This document shows positions 27,681 through 41,405 of a stretch of DNA of 64,000 nucleotides, piece by piece (position 1 is the first letter of the stretch; each line of letters starts with the position of its first letter). Where the stretch lies: assembly GCA_051294905.1 (NCBI GenBank), contig CM119372.1, positions 16,990,001 through 17,054,000 of the forward strand, written 5' to 3'. The position numbers were made by a program, and so were the translations under genes. This DNA comes from Botryllus schlosseri (Eukaryota). The notes under the pieces are model-generated. The model was not told the origin of the DNA and ran no database searches. It worked only from the letters and a program-made list of their open reading frames with translations.

Positions 27681-29463
27681 TCTAGAGCAGGGGTCACCAA
27701 CCTTTTTGAAACCAAGAGCTACTTCTAGAACACGGATTAATGAGACGGGCTACCAGTTACTCCCGCCATTTATCCGTGCTCAGTTGGATTTCATTATTTA
27801 GACCAGAGGTCTCAAACACGCGGCCCGCGACGACATTTTAGATTTTTAATAATTTGACAAAATATGAGTGTCACATATATCTTTTCAGGTTATAAAGTGA
27901 AAATTCCCTCTTAACTTGCTCCGAAAGCCTTAAACTATTCATCAAACTTCACTATCACATCAATTGCAAACACTACCATGCAGTGGAACATTTACTATTT
28001 CGCCACATTTCCAATTCATGATGACAAAGGACGTAAGGACGTAAGGACGTAAGGACGTAGTTTTATTTTTGTCCTTGATGTTTTTGCGGCATATACACCG
28101 ACTCATGATACACATACACACGATCTGCGCATATGCATACCATGAGTGCATGATGTGCATATGCAAAACCGGACCCTTGGGCGATTCTGGACTGAAATTT
28201 GTGAGTGGACTTGGACTCGACCTTTCTTAGAATTACTCAGACTCGGGCTAACTCGATGACAAAATGAAAATGACTCGAGTGGACTTGGAGTGACTCGGAA
28301 AGCCGTAAATTTGTTACAAATATGGACGCAACAAACTAATCGCGTATCAGGGGAATAGTAATAGATCAGAAGGTCGCAGCTTGGTATTTCGCTAACTAAG
28401 CAAGTATAGTTATGGCAACCATTGGCAATCTGTTAGTTACATCTTTGGCCGCTAAACCATTTTATTAGGGCCACTTAAAGGTACCGAGTACCGTAGTGGT
28501 ACGCTCCAACGATGTAACAGCAATGGGGCGTTCTGCGTTCCGACATTTCAATCACTAGGACGCATTCATTAATTTATTTATATTATATTTATATTTTTTC
28601 TGCTCCTATATTTGAAGATATTAGGCCATGAGATCAATAGCCTACTTATCAGAAGTATACCCGAATCCTGGATTAGAATTACAATGGTCAACTTAAAAAT
28701 GTTTGGATATCAGATCAGTCTCTATTATCAATCTGTTGGATTCAAAATATTCATAGTAGCTGAAAATTATAACCCGATCGCTTTTGCGATGGCATCATAC
28801 ATTTGTCCGCCCATATGTTGTCTATATCTTATAGGTAATATATATCGTACAACAATTCTATTCAAATAGTTATAAATGTGATGATTCTTTTCGTGCCAGG
28901 CCGAAATTGATACAAAGGTAAATCACATTTTGTAAATGTGTGTTTACTGTCAGTCTGCTGGATCGGCTCACTTTCAATAGGACAATTCATTCCCGCCAAA
29001 TAAGGCCTACTTGAAAAGACATAGAATACCCCTATAAATGCTGCGGCCCACGGCGTCGTCAAAACTGGAAAACTGGCCCGCAAGCACATTTGAGTTTGAG
29101 ACCTCTGACTTAGACCTTTACAGCATTGGGCAGGGTTTCAGCCCCTTACCAAAAACAGAAAACGATCCCTCACCGGGACTTACACCAGCGTCTTCGGGTT
29201 CATTTGCGTTGCCGAATTGCTCACCGAAGCGTCGATCTCTGCGTCGAAAATTGGGAATATTAACTAGATTCCCGTCAAGCCTCCGCGTGGACGAAGTCGA
29301 GCAACGCCCCGATCGAAAGCTACGTTCGTATATGTTCTTTAGGTTCGACAGACCCATGTTCAACTGTTGATGATACAAAACCCTTCTCCACTTCGACATT
29401 CAAATCTCTCATTCGGTTCTCGTGGGCTACCGGTAGCCCGCGTTGATGACCTGTGGTCTAGAG

Positions 29464-30746
29464 CAGTGGTTCTCAACCTTTTTCACCTCGCGGACCGGTA
29501 AATTTCAAAAAATATTTAACGGACCAGTGGACTTTCAAAAATTGAAATTATTCCAAAATGTAAAGTATGCCACCGTTTTCATGCAGGACATTTTGAGGGT
29601 TTTGATCTTAATTAATCATGTGATTTTATGGTAATGAGTCTGCTGAGTAAAAGTAAAACTATCTTGCCCAGAGAAACGTGCTACCACCGAGAGTCGTTCA
29701 TATAGTCTTTCATGCCGAAAACCGTGGATTTAGCCGACCACGCCAACTCGAATATTCTTCTTCCCTTCGACAATATCGAGAGAAGCTTTTCGGAGTCTAA
29801 CTAAGCACCTTTTCGTAATACCTTGCTCATTGCTCACTACCAACAGACGTAGGCTTTCGGGTTACTATGAATACAATGCGTCGCACGAAAACCTCTGACA
29901 ACAGTCATTATATCGGGCCATTCACACAATCAGGGCCGAAAAAGCACTTCGTCAGCCCACCCCAAAACCATGTTGATCTTGCGCCCGTACAGATTGATAA
30001 GCCAAACTTATGTAGGTGGGCGGACCCTGTGGGGTACAGATTGCCAGGTCAGCGAGATTCGTCGCCAGCCATTTAGGCGGCTTTGGACAATTAGATATGT
30101 ATATGTATCGAAGTTTACGATGAACAAAGGGAAGTCCTTTTCGGCCAAGGTTTTCGGCACGGTTTTCGGAGTCCCATGTTAGCTTAAACTTCATTATGTG
30201 TTAGTGCGTCATGGCGCCGTAATGGCTGACACCGAAATGACTATTTCTATAAATCATGTGTATTTCGTGGGGGAATGGCACCCAATAATCAAGACATTTA
30301 GTGACACTAAATCGTGCGAAGCGCGAAAAAAATTTGAAAAATGTTGGATAAAGTTTCAAATAAACTCTCTAATTTATGTTGATTTCACGAAATAATTTCG
30401 GACAACTTCAAGCTCGGCCCCGCTACAATTGGGGGTTTGGGGTGCGGCGGTAACGGTTCTGTACAAAATGAATGAATCGAATACGAATGATCGCGCAAAC
30501 TGCGCGGTTTAGCGAGTCAGCTTTCACTTGTTGCTCGCATGTCGTCAAATGACATGGCATGAACTTCAAGTCAAATCGAACATGTTACCTCACGAAGTTC
30601 TGAATCAGTTTAAAATTTCACGTTCAATTTATTTCATCGATCGACAAGCCTTTAACATATTGCATCTTGAAATTGTGGTATAAAATTGGAATATACCTAG
30701 CGGACCGACAGGAAATTCTTCGCGGACCGGCGGTTGAGAACTACTG
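29464..30746. mobile_element. hAT non-autonomous element with nested repeat
   Basis: TIRs CAGTGGTTCTCAACC/GGTTGAGAACTACTG; TSD GTCTAGAG/GTCTAGTG. Confidence 0.75.
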
Positions 30747-31014
30747 GTCTAGTGGATGCTGGGGTCTCAAATTCCTAAAGCAGCAGCCTGTGATTTGTTG
30801 CTAACAGTTTGCGCCCCCTCGACCACATCCACTGTTTCATAATACTTACTTGAGTACTTGTCAGACCTTCTTTATTTGCAACGCACTTGAAGTAGTTTTT
30901 AAATGCGTTCAAAAACGCGACTTCAACTTCTAATGGAGAACCACCGATAGCCTTCATCACTAGGGTGGAGTGAAAATGACTTTTTTTAAATCGAAAAAAG
31001 GGGGTTCTTAAATC

Positions 31015-32012
31015 CCGACAAATGACCTGAAACTTCAATAATAATTGAATTTAGGGGATTTCCTCCATTTCCCAGCCGACAACGAAAACCCCCGAATTTC
31101 TGCGCGTGAGGGGGTAAATTTGCATATCTCGGCAACCGCTGGTGGTAATAGCTAAAAAGTTGCAGAAACATCATGTTTACATAATTCCTAAGAAAGTTTT
31201 ATCTATTGTGAACACAAAACTAGTTATAGCAACAAAAAAACACATCCAGTTTAAATAAGGGTAAACGACGGGAGTAACTACATGCTCAGATGTGTTGGGG
31301 CTGCGCGGAGCCCATCCTGGTGACGTGAGGTACCAGTCGTTTGCAATCGAGGTGAATACAAGGTTGCAATAAGAAGATCTTTGTCCAACAGGGATACTCG
31401 GCGGGTTGCCGTCAGCGGGACAGGGAGTTCCGCTGACGACGCCCGATTGGTTGATCTAGTTGAGGGGTTCTCAGCCCTTTCTTGGTTATGGCCCATTTTC
31501 CGGTTTGAAAATGTGCTGTGGCTCACCTCTTATCTTGGAGTAATAATCCTGTTCAGTCGAGTAGTAGTCAACGGCGCCGATATGCCCATTTTTCTAAATT
31601 ATGCGCATTTTTCTTATGATTTACTGATGATATTTAAATGTAGGCTACATCTCTCGGCCCATGAAATCGTGCGAAGCGCGACGACAATTTTCATGTCCAA
31701 AAAAGATCTTCCAACAAAAGACCAATCTTGGGCCCCTTCGAACTCCCGCAATTGGGGGTTTGGGTGCAGCAGTTACGGCCCTGGTAGATCATAGGCTAAA
31801 ACTCTGTATATTATGATCGTCTGCTGCTCCATTCACGTCGCGAAACACAATGATCAAATCCACACATCCGCTGTGTGATTGGGATTTTGGTTCCACTATT
31901 GTGGGGAATAATACAATCATTCTGGGTCAGTTTCAAACAATTCATTGGTGAATGGGGTACTACAGAGAAGTGGAGAAAGATTTATTTAATATGCATGCTG
32001 TACAATGCACAT
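31015..32012 (+). repeat. Diverged inverted duplication, partner at 58492-59952
   Basis: Blocks 31015-31145, 31260-31460 and 31570-32012 match the reverse complement of 59952-59832, 59710-59510 and 58940-58492. Confidence 0.8.
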
Positions 32013-32355
32013 TAGGGCTCTTCAAAAATGACTTTTTTTTCTCAATCGTACTGGCTACTTTATAAAATTGTTAGGTTACCTAATTTAAGCCTACACACAA
32101 AATTTGGTTCAATGCCAGCCAGTAGTCGCTTTGCTACAGGAGAAGAAAGTTTCTATTTATTATCTAAAAATAAATAATAAAAAATTTGAAAATTTTCTGT
32201 TCACCTCATGAAAGTGTTAGGCTGTCTATAGAAACGATCCTCACCAAATTTGCTTCAATTCCAACCAGTGGAAGCGGAGTTATTACCGTCGAAAAATTTG
32301 GATTTGAATAAAATAGTATTTACGGTGACCGATTCTTTGTTTATTTATTATAGTT

Positions 32356-33000
32356 ATGCTGACCGTACCAATACCCTACCAACGTACCAATTTATCGCCT
32401 TACTTCCGTAAGCATCGAATTTTGCGAATTGACGAACTATATCGCTTCGAAGTATCAAAAGTTACTCACAAATATTTTTCCAATAGTCTGCCTCATGTGT
32501 TTGATGACTTTTTCATACCTGCTAAAAATGTCCATTCCCATTACACGAGATCCTCGTCAAAGGGGAATATCTACTTACCCCCACCCAATAGCACTAAGAG
32601 ATCTATCGACTACTCTGGACCTATCATCTGGAATGCATTACCACCACATATCCGTGAATTGCCTTATAATAGATTCAAAAAAGACCTACTTGATCACCTC
32701 CTGTCGTTATACTAACACTGTTGCTCTACCTCGCCCAGACATTGCTTCATTGATCATTTACTACCATCGTTTAATTTTTCTATTTTATTTTTTAACTACC
32801 GCAACATTTTTTACAGCCAGGCTGTTTAGAGTCAAGTGTACCCGTTTGATGCTGGTGTTATCAGACTAGATGACCTTCACGGTCTTATCGATCATTCCTA
32901 TCTAATACCGAATACTGTGCATGCATATTTTCTGTACCATCATCACTGCCGTTTGTTATGTATTTGGGTCGGATAAAAATAAAGACTCTCTCTCTCTCTC
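32356..33000 (+). mobile_element. 5'-truncated L2/Crack-type LINE (ORF2 C-terminus 32356-32715 plus 3' UTR)
   Basis: SPYFRKHRILRIDELYRFEV...VHSHYTRSS...SIDYSGPIIWNALPPHIR...FKKDLLDHLL; AATAAA followed by (CT)n tail. Confidence 0.8.
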
Positions 33001-33759
33001 TGGAAGGCCATTGCTGGCCAGATATATTCGATACTGCAGCCCATTTTACTGATTTGGCGCACGACGCCGCCCACACACCTCGTTACGTCTTATGCCTTGC
33101 GCACAGCACCGTAACTGCCGCACCCCAAACCCCCCAATTGGGGGTGCAGAGCTCGAAGGGGGCCCAAAATTATTTCGTGAATTAGCATAAATCATGGAGT
33201 ATTTTTTGAAAATTTATGCAATTTTTTTTTTTAAATTTCGCGCTGTGCGCGAATTCAAGTAGCCATTTATCTATATTATTGGGAATTGGGCCATTACCGC
33301 GCCACGACCCACCAAGACATACAATCAAGTTTTAGGCCATATAACATGCGACTCCGAGAAGTGTGTCAGAACGATCGGCAGCGAGAAAAGCTTGGCCGAA
33401 AAGGTCTATGCCCTTATGCAGACCGAAGACTTCGTTATATAGGCTATACAAATTACATATAGGTTTAAATGTCCATAGGCGCCTAAATGACTAATTTGAA
33501 ATCGTGTGCGTCTCTTAGTTTAGAAGCCTACGTTTGGGCGATCCTATATTTTTTGATATAGCAGACTGGAAATCACGAAATAACATCATGTAACGAAGTC
33601 ATATCAACGGGTCCGCCCGCCCGAAGATGTTTATTCGTTATTTACGGGCCCTCCCGTTTTCAAGACACTTCACTCAGCTCTACCGGTAAATCTAATTACG
33701 TGAGTAGAGAGGACAATAAATTGATAGCATAATATAGTAGTATTATACACGGTAACGGG

Positions 33760-34450
33760 ACGCGCCCCAATCAACGTCGAGTATTTGATCACGTGACATC
33801 TGTTAGCCAATCAGAACGCAGAACAATGTGGGTGTGGTTTCAATACGAGAGAGGTTTTGGTTGTGCGAGAGATGGCATAGTTCCAGTCCAGTAACGCTGA
33901 GATATGTTTACGTCATGTTTGCGTAAGTTGATTACCTTCATTATGATTGCGTATTGCAGCATATTCATGATTACGTCATATGCGTAGTTGATTACTTTAG
34001 TTATTACGAGAGCGGCTTTGCTTAGTTCCAGTAATGCTCAGATATGATTACGTCATGATTGCGTCTAGTTCCAGTCCAATAACACTGAGAAATACGTTAA
34101 TATGATTGTGTAGTTGAAGCATGTTCATGATTACGTCATATGCGTAGTTGATTACTTTAGTAACGCTGAGATATGATTACGTCAATATTGCGTTGATTGC
34201 CTTTGCAGTTGAAGCAAGTGCAAGGCAATATATATAACGTATAATATTTATTACATGATTATTCGCTACACGCTGTAGATGGAATATGTCAAAGATTACT
34301 GCTAATGATATATACGTCATAATGGATCGAATTGACCTGATGAACTGGTATATTTACGTCATTATGATTGTGTAGTTGAAGCATGTTCAGTAATGATTAC
34401 GTCATATGCGATTACTTTAGTAACGCTGAGATATGATTACGTCAATATTG
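33760..34450 (+). promoter_or_regulatory. Subterminal TF-site cluster (CCAAT x2, E-box TCACGTGA, 8x TTACGTCA) in tandem repeats; mirrored at ~56560-57250
   Basis: Motifs read directly; TTACGTCA near 33908, 33971, 34047, 34131, 34177, 34354, 34397, 34437. Confidence 0.55.
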
Positions 34451-34554
34451 CGTTGATCGCCTTTGTTATTGCAGTTGAAGCAAGTGCAAGGCAATATATA
34501 ACGTGTAATATTTATTACATGATTATTCGCTGTACGCTGTAGATTGAATATGTG

Positions 34555-36040
34555 TAATAATATAAAAATTGGCAAAAATTGTGAATATCTAATCATTGTG
34601 AAAATAGCAATTATCTCATGTTGTTGATGAAAATGATCAGCTTACGTTGTTATAAGCTCCAAAGCATGATTTAAATATTTTTTAAATATTCCATTTTTTA
34701 AAATAATATTACTTTGGTTCTAACTTTGGAATAATAATTATTGATAATATTTTCATTATTCATTGAAATCATTGTAGCTTATAATGGTGTACATCTTTTA
34801 AATATTATTGTAATGATTTCAATTAATACCGAAAAAATATTATCAATAATTATTATTCCAAAGTTAGAACCAAAGTAATATTTTTTCTAAAATGGAATAT
34901 TTAAAAAATATTTAAATCATGCTTTGGAGCTTAAAACAGCGTAAGCTGATTATTTTCATCAACTACACGAGATAATTGCTAATTTCACAATGATAACATA
35001 TTCAGTAATAATATAAAAATTGGCTAATATTGTGAATATCGAATCATTGTGAAATTAGCAATTATTTCATGTTGTTGATGAAAATGATCAGCTTACGTTA
35101 TTATAAGCACCAAAGCATGATTTAAATATTTTCAAATATTCCACTTTTTAAATATTATTACTTTGGTTCTAACTTTGAAACAACAATTATTAATAATATT
35201 TTTTCATCATTCATTGAAATCATTGTAGCTTATAACGGGTGAACTGAACATCTTTTTAATAATATTGTTGCTTTGTGAATATCTTATTGATTTTTAGTTA
35301 AATTATCGATTATCTTGTATAGTTGATAAAGTAGTTGTACAAAAGACGTTCACTGTTATAATCTACATGATTTCAATGATTATTAAAAATAATTTTAATA
35401 ATAAATCTAGCAAAGTAATAATATAGAAAATTGGCTAATATTGTGAATATCTTATCATTGTGAAATTAGCAATTATCTCGTGTTGTTGATGAAAATAATC
35501 ATCTTACGTTGTATTAGGATTTATTTTACAAAACCGTAGTGTAAAGGTCTTTAGTACTTTGGAAAAAGTAGTTTCTATCTACTTTACTAAATTTGATGTA
35601 AAGTGTTCGGCGATTTAAAAAATTGGTATTTATTTTACAAAATTCCCAGTATAAACGTTTTTACAAAATCGACTTGAGTAAGTACTGTCACTAGGCAAAC
35701 CCTAGCAGAGTGTACTCTGATAAATGTAGTAGTAGTAATCGATTATCGCGAAATAAATAGATAACATACAATATGTGCGTTGCTACGATGTCTCATAAAT
35801 ACTTTCATTTAATGTATACAAGTAGGTTATTTATACGTTAAGTCAAGAATAAAAAAATTAACGCTGTCTCCATAGAAAGATATGTAAATATACTAGAACG
35901 GTTACATCTGGACGCCTGCAAGTAAGAACGTAAGCTGATCATTTTCGTCAACAACATGAGATAATTGCTAATTTCACAATTATTGGATATTCACAATATA
36001 AGCCAATTTCTATATTATTACTGAATATCTTATCATTGTG
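34555..36040. repeat. AT-rich ~200-bp unit repeated in direct and inverted orientation (local hairpins); mirrored at ~54975-56460
   Basis: Units near 34555(+), 34810-35003(-), 35005(+), 35415(+, partial), 35930-36035(-). Confidence 0.75.
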
Positions 36041-36111
36041 AGGTTTATTCAACTCTCATTAATTCAGGATTCTAGAACTACTGAAGTCTCATGGATTTAT
36101 AAAATACCGTG

Positions 36112-36190
36112 CTTTGCAAACAATGTAAAAAATAATAGAAGCGAAGTTAGCTTGGTTCCCTAGGGACATATATGCCTTTGTCAGGAATGT
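36112..36190 (+). pseudogene. Decayed IAP-type RING finger (C3HC4) fragment
   Basis: With one A removed from an A6 run: LCKQCKNNRSEVSLVP*GHICLCQEC = C-x2-C-x11-[C]-G-H-x3-C-x2-C. Confidence 0.55.
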
Positions 36191-36629
36191 TCATCCAACG
36201 ATTAGGTAATTGAATACGCGCGATTATCAATGCGTCTTGAAAAGCTAGTGGACGGAAGTGAATACCCTAGACAAGTGCGAACCTGTATATATTGCAGCAT
36301 ATTAAAGATAGCTTGTGCAATAGCCCTAAATACAACAAGATGCGGAGAGCTGATATCGCAATAGGTGCGCGGTATTCGACAATAACAAAACGCAATTGTT
36401 CGAACTTAGTGGATCCCATACCGCATTGTTAGCTCTAAATACTTAACCGTTGAAAAATCTATTCCCCAATGAGTTAGACAGCAATGCGTTAGTCGTAGCG
36501 ATTCAATCGTGTGCTCCATAATAACAAAAACACAAATGACTTAGTGGATATCACTGCTAGCTCTAAATACCAGTTGCATAGCTGAGGCTAAATGCCGTAA
36601 ATAACTACTGAGTTGGCCGAGTGGTGATT

Positions 36630-39600
36630 TACTCGCTCGGAAATCGTCACTTCTTGCACTTTACTAAAAATTTGCTGCTACTAAAATGTTAAAATGTACT
36701 TTTTTCAATGGCCTTGATGAGCAGCGTCAGTTTCATCTATATCCTATCATGCATTTTCGCACAGCAGAATGACTTATCGCATCGTAAAATAGCAAAAATA
36801 GGCTACATCGAGAATCTGCAGATTCTCACTGCGAAATATTTGAGTTTTACGAATTATCCTTCAAAGTGAGCTTACATATTGGATATCATCCAAACCCTCT
36901 CGATATCGAAATAATTGATTATTGGGAGTACTCGAGTATAGGTTTCGCCTGTCTGGGCTATACTTAATCAAGTGATTATCTGTTTAGACTAGAGTTTTCA
37001 GTTATCAGACAAATAATACCTTCAATACTTACTTTTTTTAGTCACTCGGAAATCAGCACATCATGTACTTTGGAAGAAACTTACTGGTAATAGAATGTTG
37101 AAATGTACTTTTCCATTGGGCTTGATGAGCGGGCCCAGTTTCATCTATATCCTACCATGCATTTTCGCACTTCAGAGTGACTTATCACAATGAAAAATAG
37201 CGGAGTCTCACTATACGATAATTGAGTTTTACAAATTACCCTTCGAAGTGAACCTACATGTTGGGTATTATCCAAAACCTTGTAGAATGTCGCTCCGAGC
37301 GACAAATCCTTTGAATTAAGGTGGAAGCAGCTATTTCCGACTAAGTAAAATGTTAGTATTCTAGGTCTATTTCTGCTTAATTCTGAAACTATAATGGATT
37401 TGAAGCAGTACAATATCATAAACACTTGAGAGTATTTGGTACATGTACACTAAAAACTTACTTGAGTATACTCTGAAGAAGTCAACATTTACTTGTTTAG
37501 CCGCTCGGAAATCATCACTTCTTGTACTTTACTAGAAATTCACTGCTGATGAATGAGTAATCGACTTTATTCAATATTCTCGTACTACGAAACTGAAGAA
37601 TGAATAGAGGCGTTTTCGAACTATAGAATGATATAGTCTCTACAAAATGTTTTTGATATCAAAATAACTTTTTTACATGAATGGTCACGTATCTTAATAT
37701 TCAAATAACCCAACACAGAACTAGTATTACAAGAATATCATAGTTCTTGTACCAAAGTTGTTTGTGCACAATATATGTTTAAGGTAAGTCCTACACATTC
37801 ATGATTTCGTCCGAGTTTGTATTTTAGAAAATAATATACCGACATCGCGACATCTTTCAAAAACAAAACCATGATCACTGCTTGAGAGACCTATCAATGT
37901 CATCACAGTAATCTTGTAACTTCCACAAAAGAGTAGATATGTATTTGACTTTCGTTCCACAAAGCTAACGCGCAAACAATTTACTTTACTAACGAGAAGT
38001 ATCGAGTTATCGAATGATTTTCCCTTACATCAAAACAAATAGAATGTAGATTGTAGAACTATATTTCTAACGTTCCTAACCCTTTGCACACCGCAGTTGT
38101 AAATCACACAAGCAACAAGTTTCGAGAAACGAGTTATTGAATAACGTGAAAGTGTTTTTCCAGTGTCAAGTCGTTATGTTGATTAAAGCATATAATGTAA
38201 TACCATGAAGTGAGACTTCGAAACTATCGTCAGTTCTCCATGAGCAAATATCGTGTTCTACAAGTGTTAAGATATTGTATTATGTAGCTAGTAATTAGTG
38301 CACGTAATCTCGGGATCGAACCAACGTGTGTTAACTTGCGTTATTATGTACCTAGTAATTGGTGCGAGTAATGCCGCAACTGCTGTTGTTCAATGCATTT
38401 ACCATGTTCGTAGCAAGCATCTTAATAAGGATAGACAGCGCCAAGCAAATAATGTAAGTATGTATGTATGAATGATTGGTCTAATGGTGCTTAACGACAG
38501 AAACTGGTCTTCTATTCTATATTCCGAAATAATCAAGTTGGTGGTTTACCAACACCTCGCCTCATAGAAACTTGGTAGAATCACTTATAAATCCTCACGT
38601 TCACTTAACTAAATCTAATTTGATACTCGAGTACTGAACCTTAATTTTCCAGCAGTGTGATAGACGCCGTCAGATGGTACTCAACATCGCATAATTCTGC
38701 TCGAATACAAGTAAAAGTACAGATTTTAAAGTAAGTAAGTAAGTAAGTAAGTAGGTAAAAGTGAGTAACTGGTTATGTTTGTAGACTATATCTCCACTTC
38801 TACCTTTCAGAGATGTTGAGCAGAGAAGTACATGTGTTTCTTCAAAGTAGTCAAGTAGGTTTTTGGCTACATGCACCAACTACTCAAGTGTTTATGATAT
38901 AGGCCTGTTTCGAATTCAAGTCAGTTTCAGTATTAAACAAAAATGGACCGTGAATACTAACTTTTTATAATGTGAAATTTTAAATGCATAAACGAAGAAA
39001 CGTCACTTTTACAATGCTTCGGTATTATTTCTATATTATTCCACTCTCGTTATTGGACTGCGGTGTGCCGGTGAGCTATACCTCGATGCCCGGGCTTCCG
39101 AATTAATTTTTTTCGATTTATTCTACCCTATGTAGATTTAACATAAGGAAGGTTATTTCACTCATAAAATTTGAAATACGTATTTGCTCGAGTTAAAGCC
39201 ATAACGCTTGGAGTGAAATTTTACGGGGTTTTCGTTAATATCCAACTTGGCTAATTCCGAAATATAAATTGAAAAACTCAAATATCGCATAGTAGGACTT
39301 CGCAAATTTTCGATACATTTTTTGCTATTTTTTCATGGTGATAAGTCATTCGGGACGGTGAAATGCATTATAGGAAATAGATGAAACTGGTACAATTCAT
39401 CAAGACCCCTGAAAAAATTACATTACATTTCAACATCTTATTAGCAGGTAATCGAAATATCACAAACTGTGCTAACCTTCGGAGTTGTTAAGTAAAGAAG
39501 TACTCGTACTTCTTCGGAGTACCCAAGTAGGTTTTTCGCCTACATGCACCAAATACTCTCAAATCCTTATGATGTTGGAGTGCTTCAACTTCATGATAGT

Positions 39601-40110
39601 TATAGTATTAAGCAGAAATATACCTGGAGTACTAACGTTTTACTTACTCGGAAATGACTACTTCTATCTTATTTTAAAGGATTCCCCGCTCGTCGCGAAA
39701 TTTTATTAGGTTTTGAATAATATCCAACATGTAGGTTCACTTTGAAGGGTACTTCGTAAAACTCAAATATTGCACAGTGAGAGTTCGCTAATTCTCGATG
39801 TATTTTTTGGTATTTTTATTGCGGTAAGTCATTCTGCAGCGCGAAAATGCCTCGTAGGATATAGATGAAACTGACAACGCTCACCAAGACCACTGGACCA
39901 CTGAAAAAGTACGTTTCAATATTTTAGTAGCAGTAAAGTCCTAGTAAAGTACCAGAAGTGATGATTTCCGAGTTAGTTAAAAAGTAAGTATTGTAGGTAT
40001 AGTTTGCTCGAAAACCGAAAACTCTGAAATAGAAGTAGATGCAGTGTAAAAAAGTTAATCACTTGATTAAGTATAGCACAAGCAGACCAAACCTATACAT
40101 GAGTACTTCA
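36630..40110. repeat. Diverged internal repeats inside the palindrome arm
   Basis: Unit CTCGGAAATC...CAGTTTCATCTATATCC...TCCAAAACC near 36636, 37044 and 37504 (partial) and inverted near 39240-39480 and 39710-39975; also a ~300-bp direct pair near 38277 and 40724. Confidence 0.7.
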
Positions 40111-41363
40111 AAATGTACAAGTACTTCGCTATGGACTCCCTCCACGTAAAATGTGACTAGGTTTTAGACTACTTTATCGGTACTTGACAGTTTCAGTTTT
40201 AGATAAGATTTGGAATAAAAAACTAGCTCATTCACCCACTTGGAAATCTCTTCTTTAACCTGTACTTGAGCGTAGCAAGTAAATCTCATTTAATATTAAT
40301 TCTACACGTACACTTGACCCTATTTTATGACTTACATAATTACTTTTCCATATATTTTAAGTCAAGTCTGTCAAATAGCAGTATATGTTACGATGAGCTT
40401 ATATTCGTTCTGTTTGATCATCTTGACTAATGATATTCACTCGGCGAGCTCTCCAGTGATAGCTTTGGGACTTGGAACAGTGTTATATGACATCATAGCG
40501 ATACGAGGTTACGACCGTTTATAATTAGCTACCTTACGACACCAAATTTCGTTAGTTCATCTCCACCTTCAAATATCGTGTTATACAAATATTGTGTATA
40601 CGGAACAAATACATATATGGCTATGTTGTTGCAATCTGCAAAAAAGTACCTCCCTCAGTAACCAATTTCTGGTAGGCTATGCATACAAATGAGGACAGTT
40701 ACATCAACGAGTCGTAACTTGTTGTATTATGTAGCTAGTAATTTGTGCAAGTAAGTCCGCAACTACTGTTCAAGTCCTTTTCCGCGTTTTTTGTCAAGCA
40801 TCATAGTAAGGACAGACAGTCCCAATCAGCTAATGTAAGTGTGTATGTATGTATGAGGGGTCTTATGGTCGTTGACGAATGAAGTTGGTCGTCTATTCTA
40901 TTCCGAAATAATCAAGTTAGTGCTTTTTAACAGGACCTCACCTCATAGAAACTTCAGTAGAATAACTTATAACTCCTCACGTTTACTCAACTAAATCTAA
41001 TTTGATAATCAAGTACTGAATCTTAATTTTCAAACGAGTTCAAATTTTACTCTAACTTATGAGATTACATATAATAACTTTTCACGATGCAATGTATTTT
41101 ACAGCATGAGCCAAGTGATTTCGTAATTAACACAAGATAATTAAATGAATTTCTAGAGTATTACAAGATATTCGTGTCATCCTCCTTCGTATATCATAAA
41201 AGAATATCTACTGCAGTCGATTTGTAATTATTTGCACTGTGTTTGATTAACTCAATCATGTCGCAGTGTTTTTTATTAACGAAACTCTTTTACAGCATAA
41301 ACCAAATAATTTCATAATAAACACACTAATTTCATAATAAACATAAAAAAATATTTCCGCGCC

Positions 41364-41405
41364 CTCCTAAACCTAATTCCTCCTAACCCTATAACCTAAT
41401 CCTGA
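41364..41405. other. Palindrome centre: 42-bp telomere-like spacer
   Basis: CTCCTAAACCTAATTCCTCCTAACCCTATAACCTAATCCTGA between ATATTTCCGCGCC and GGCGCGGAAATAT. Confidence 0.85.

Noticed and set aside
28028..28059. (AAGGACGT)4 tandem repeat
   Set aside because: Short simple repeat with no further structure
29118..29399. Possible first exon on the minus strand (ATG ... GTAAGG)
   Set aside because: No recognisable domain, bounded by MITE termini, no compatible downstream exon identified
33890..34540. CRISPR-like array
   Set aside because: Irregular tandem duplications without unique equal-length spacers; eukaryotic context with no cas genes
41364..41405. Palindrome as a sequencing-adapter or amplification chimera
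   Set aside because: The spacer does not resemble the SMRTbell adapter, the mirror stops exactly at TSD-flanked termini, and the arms show some substitutions
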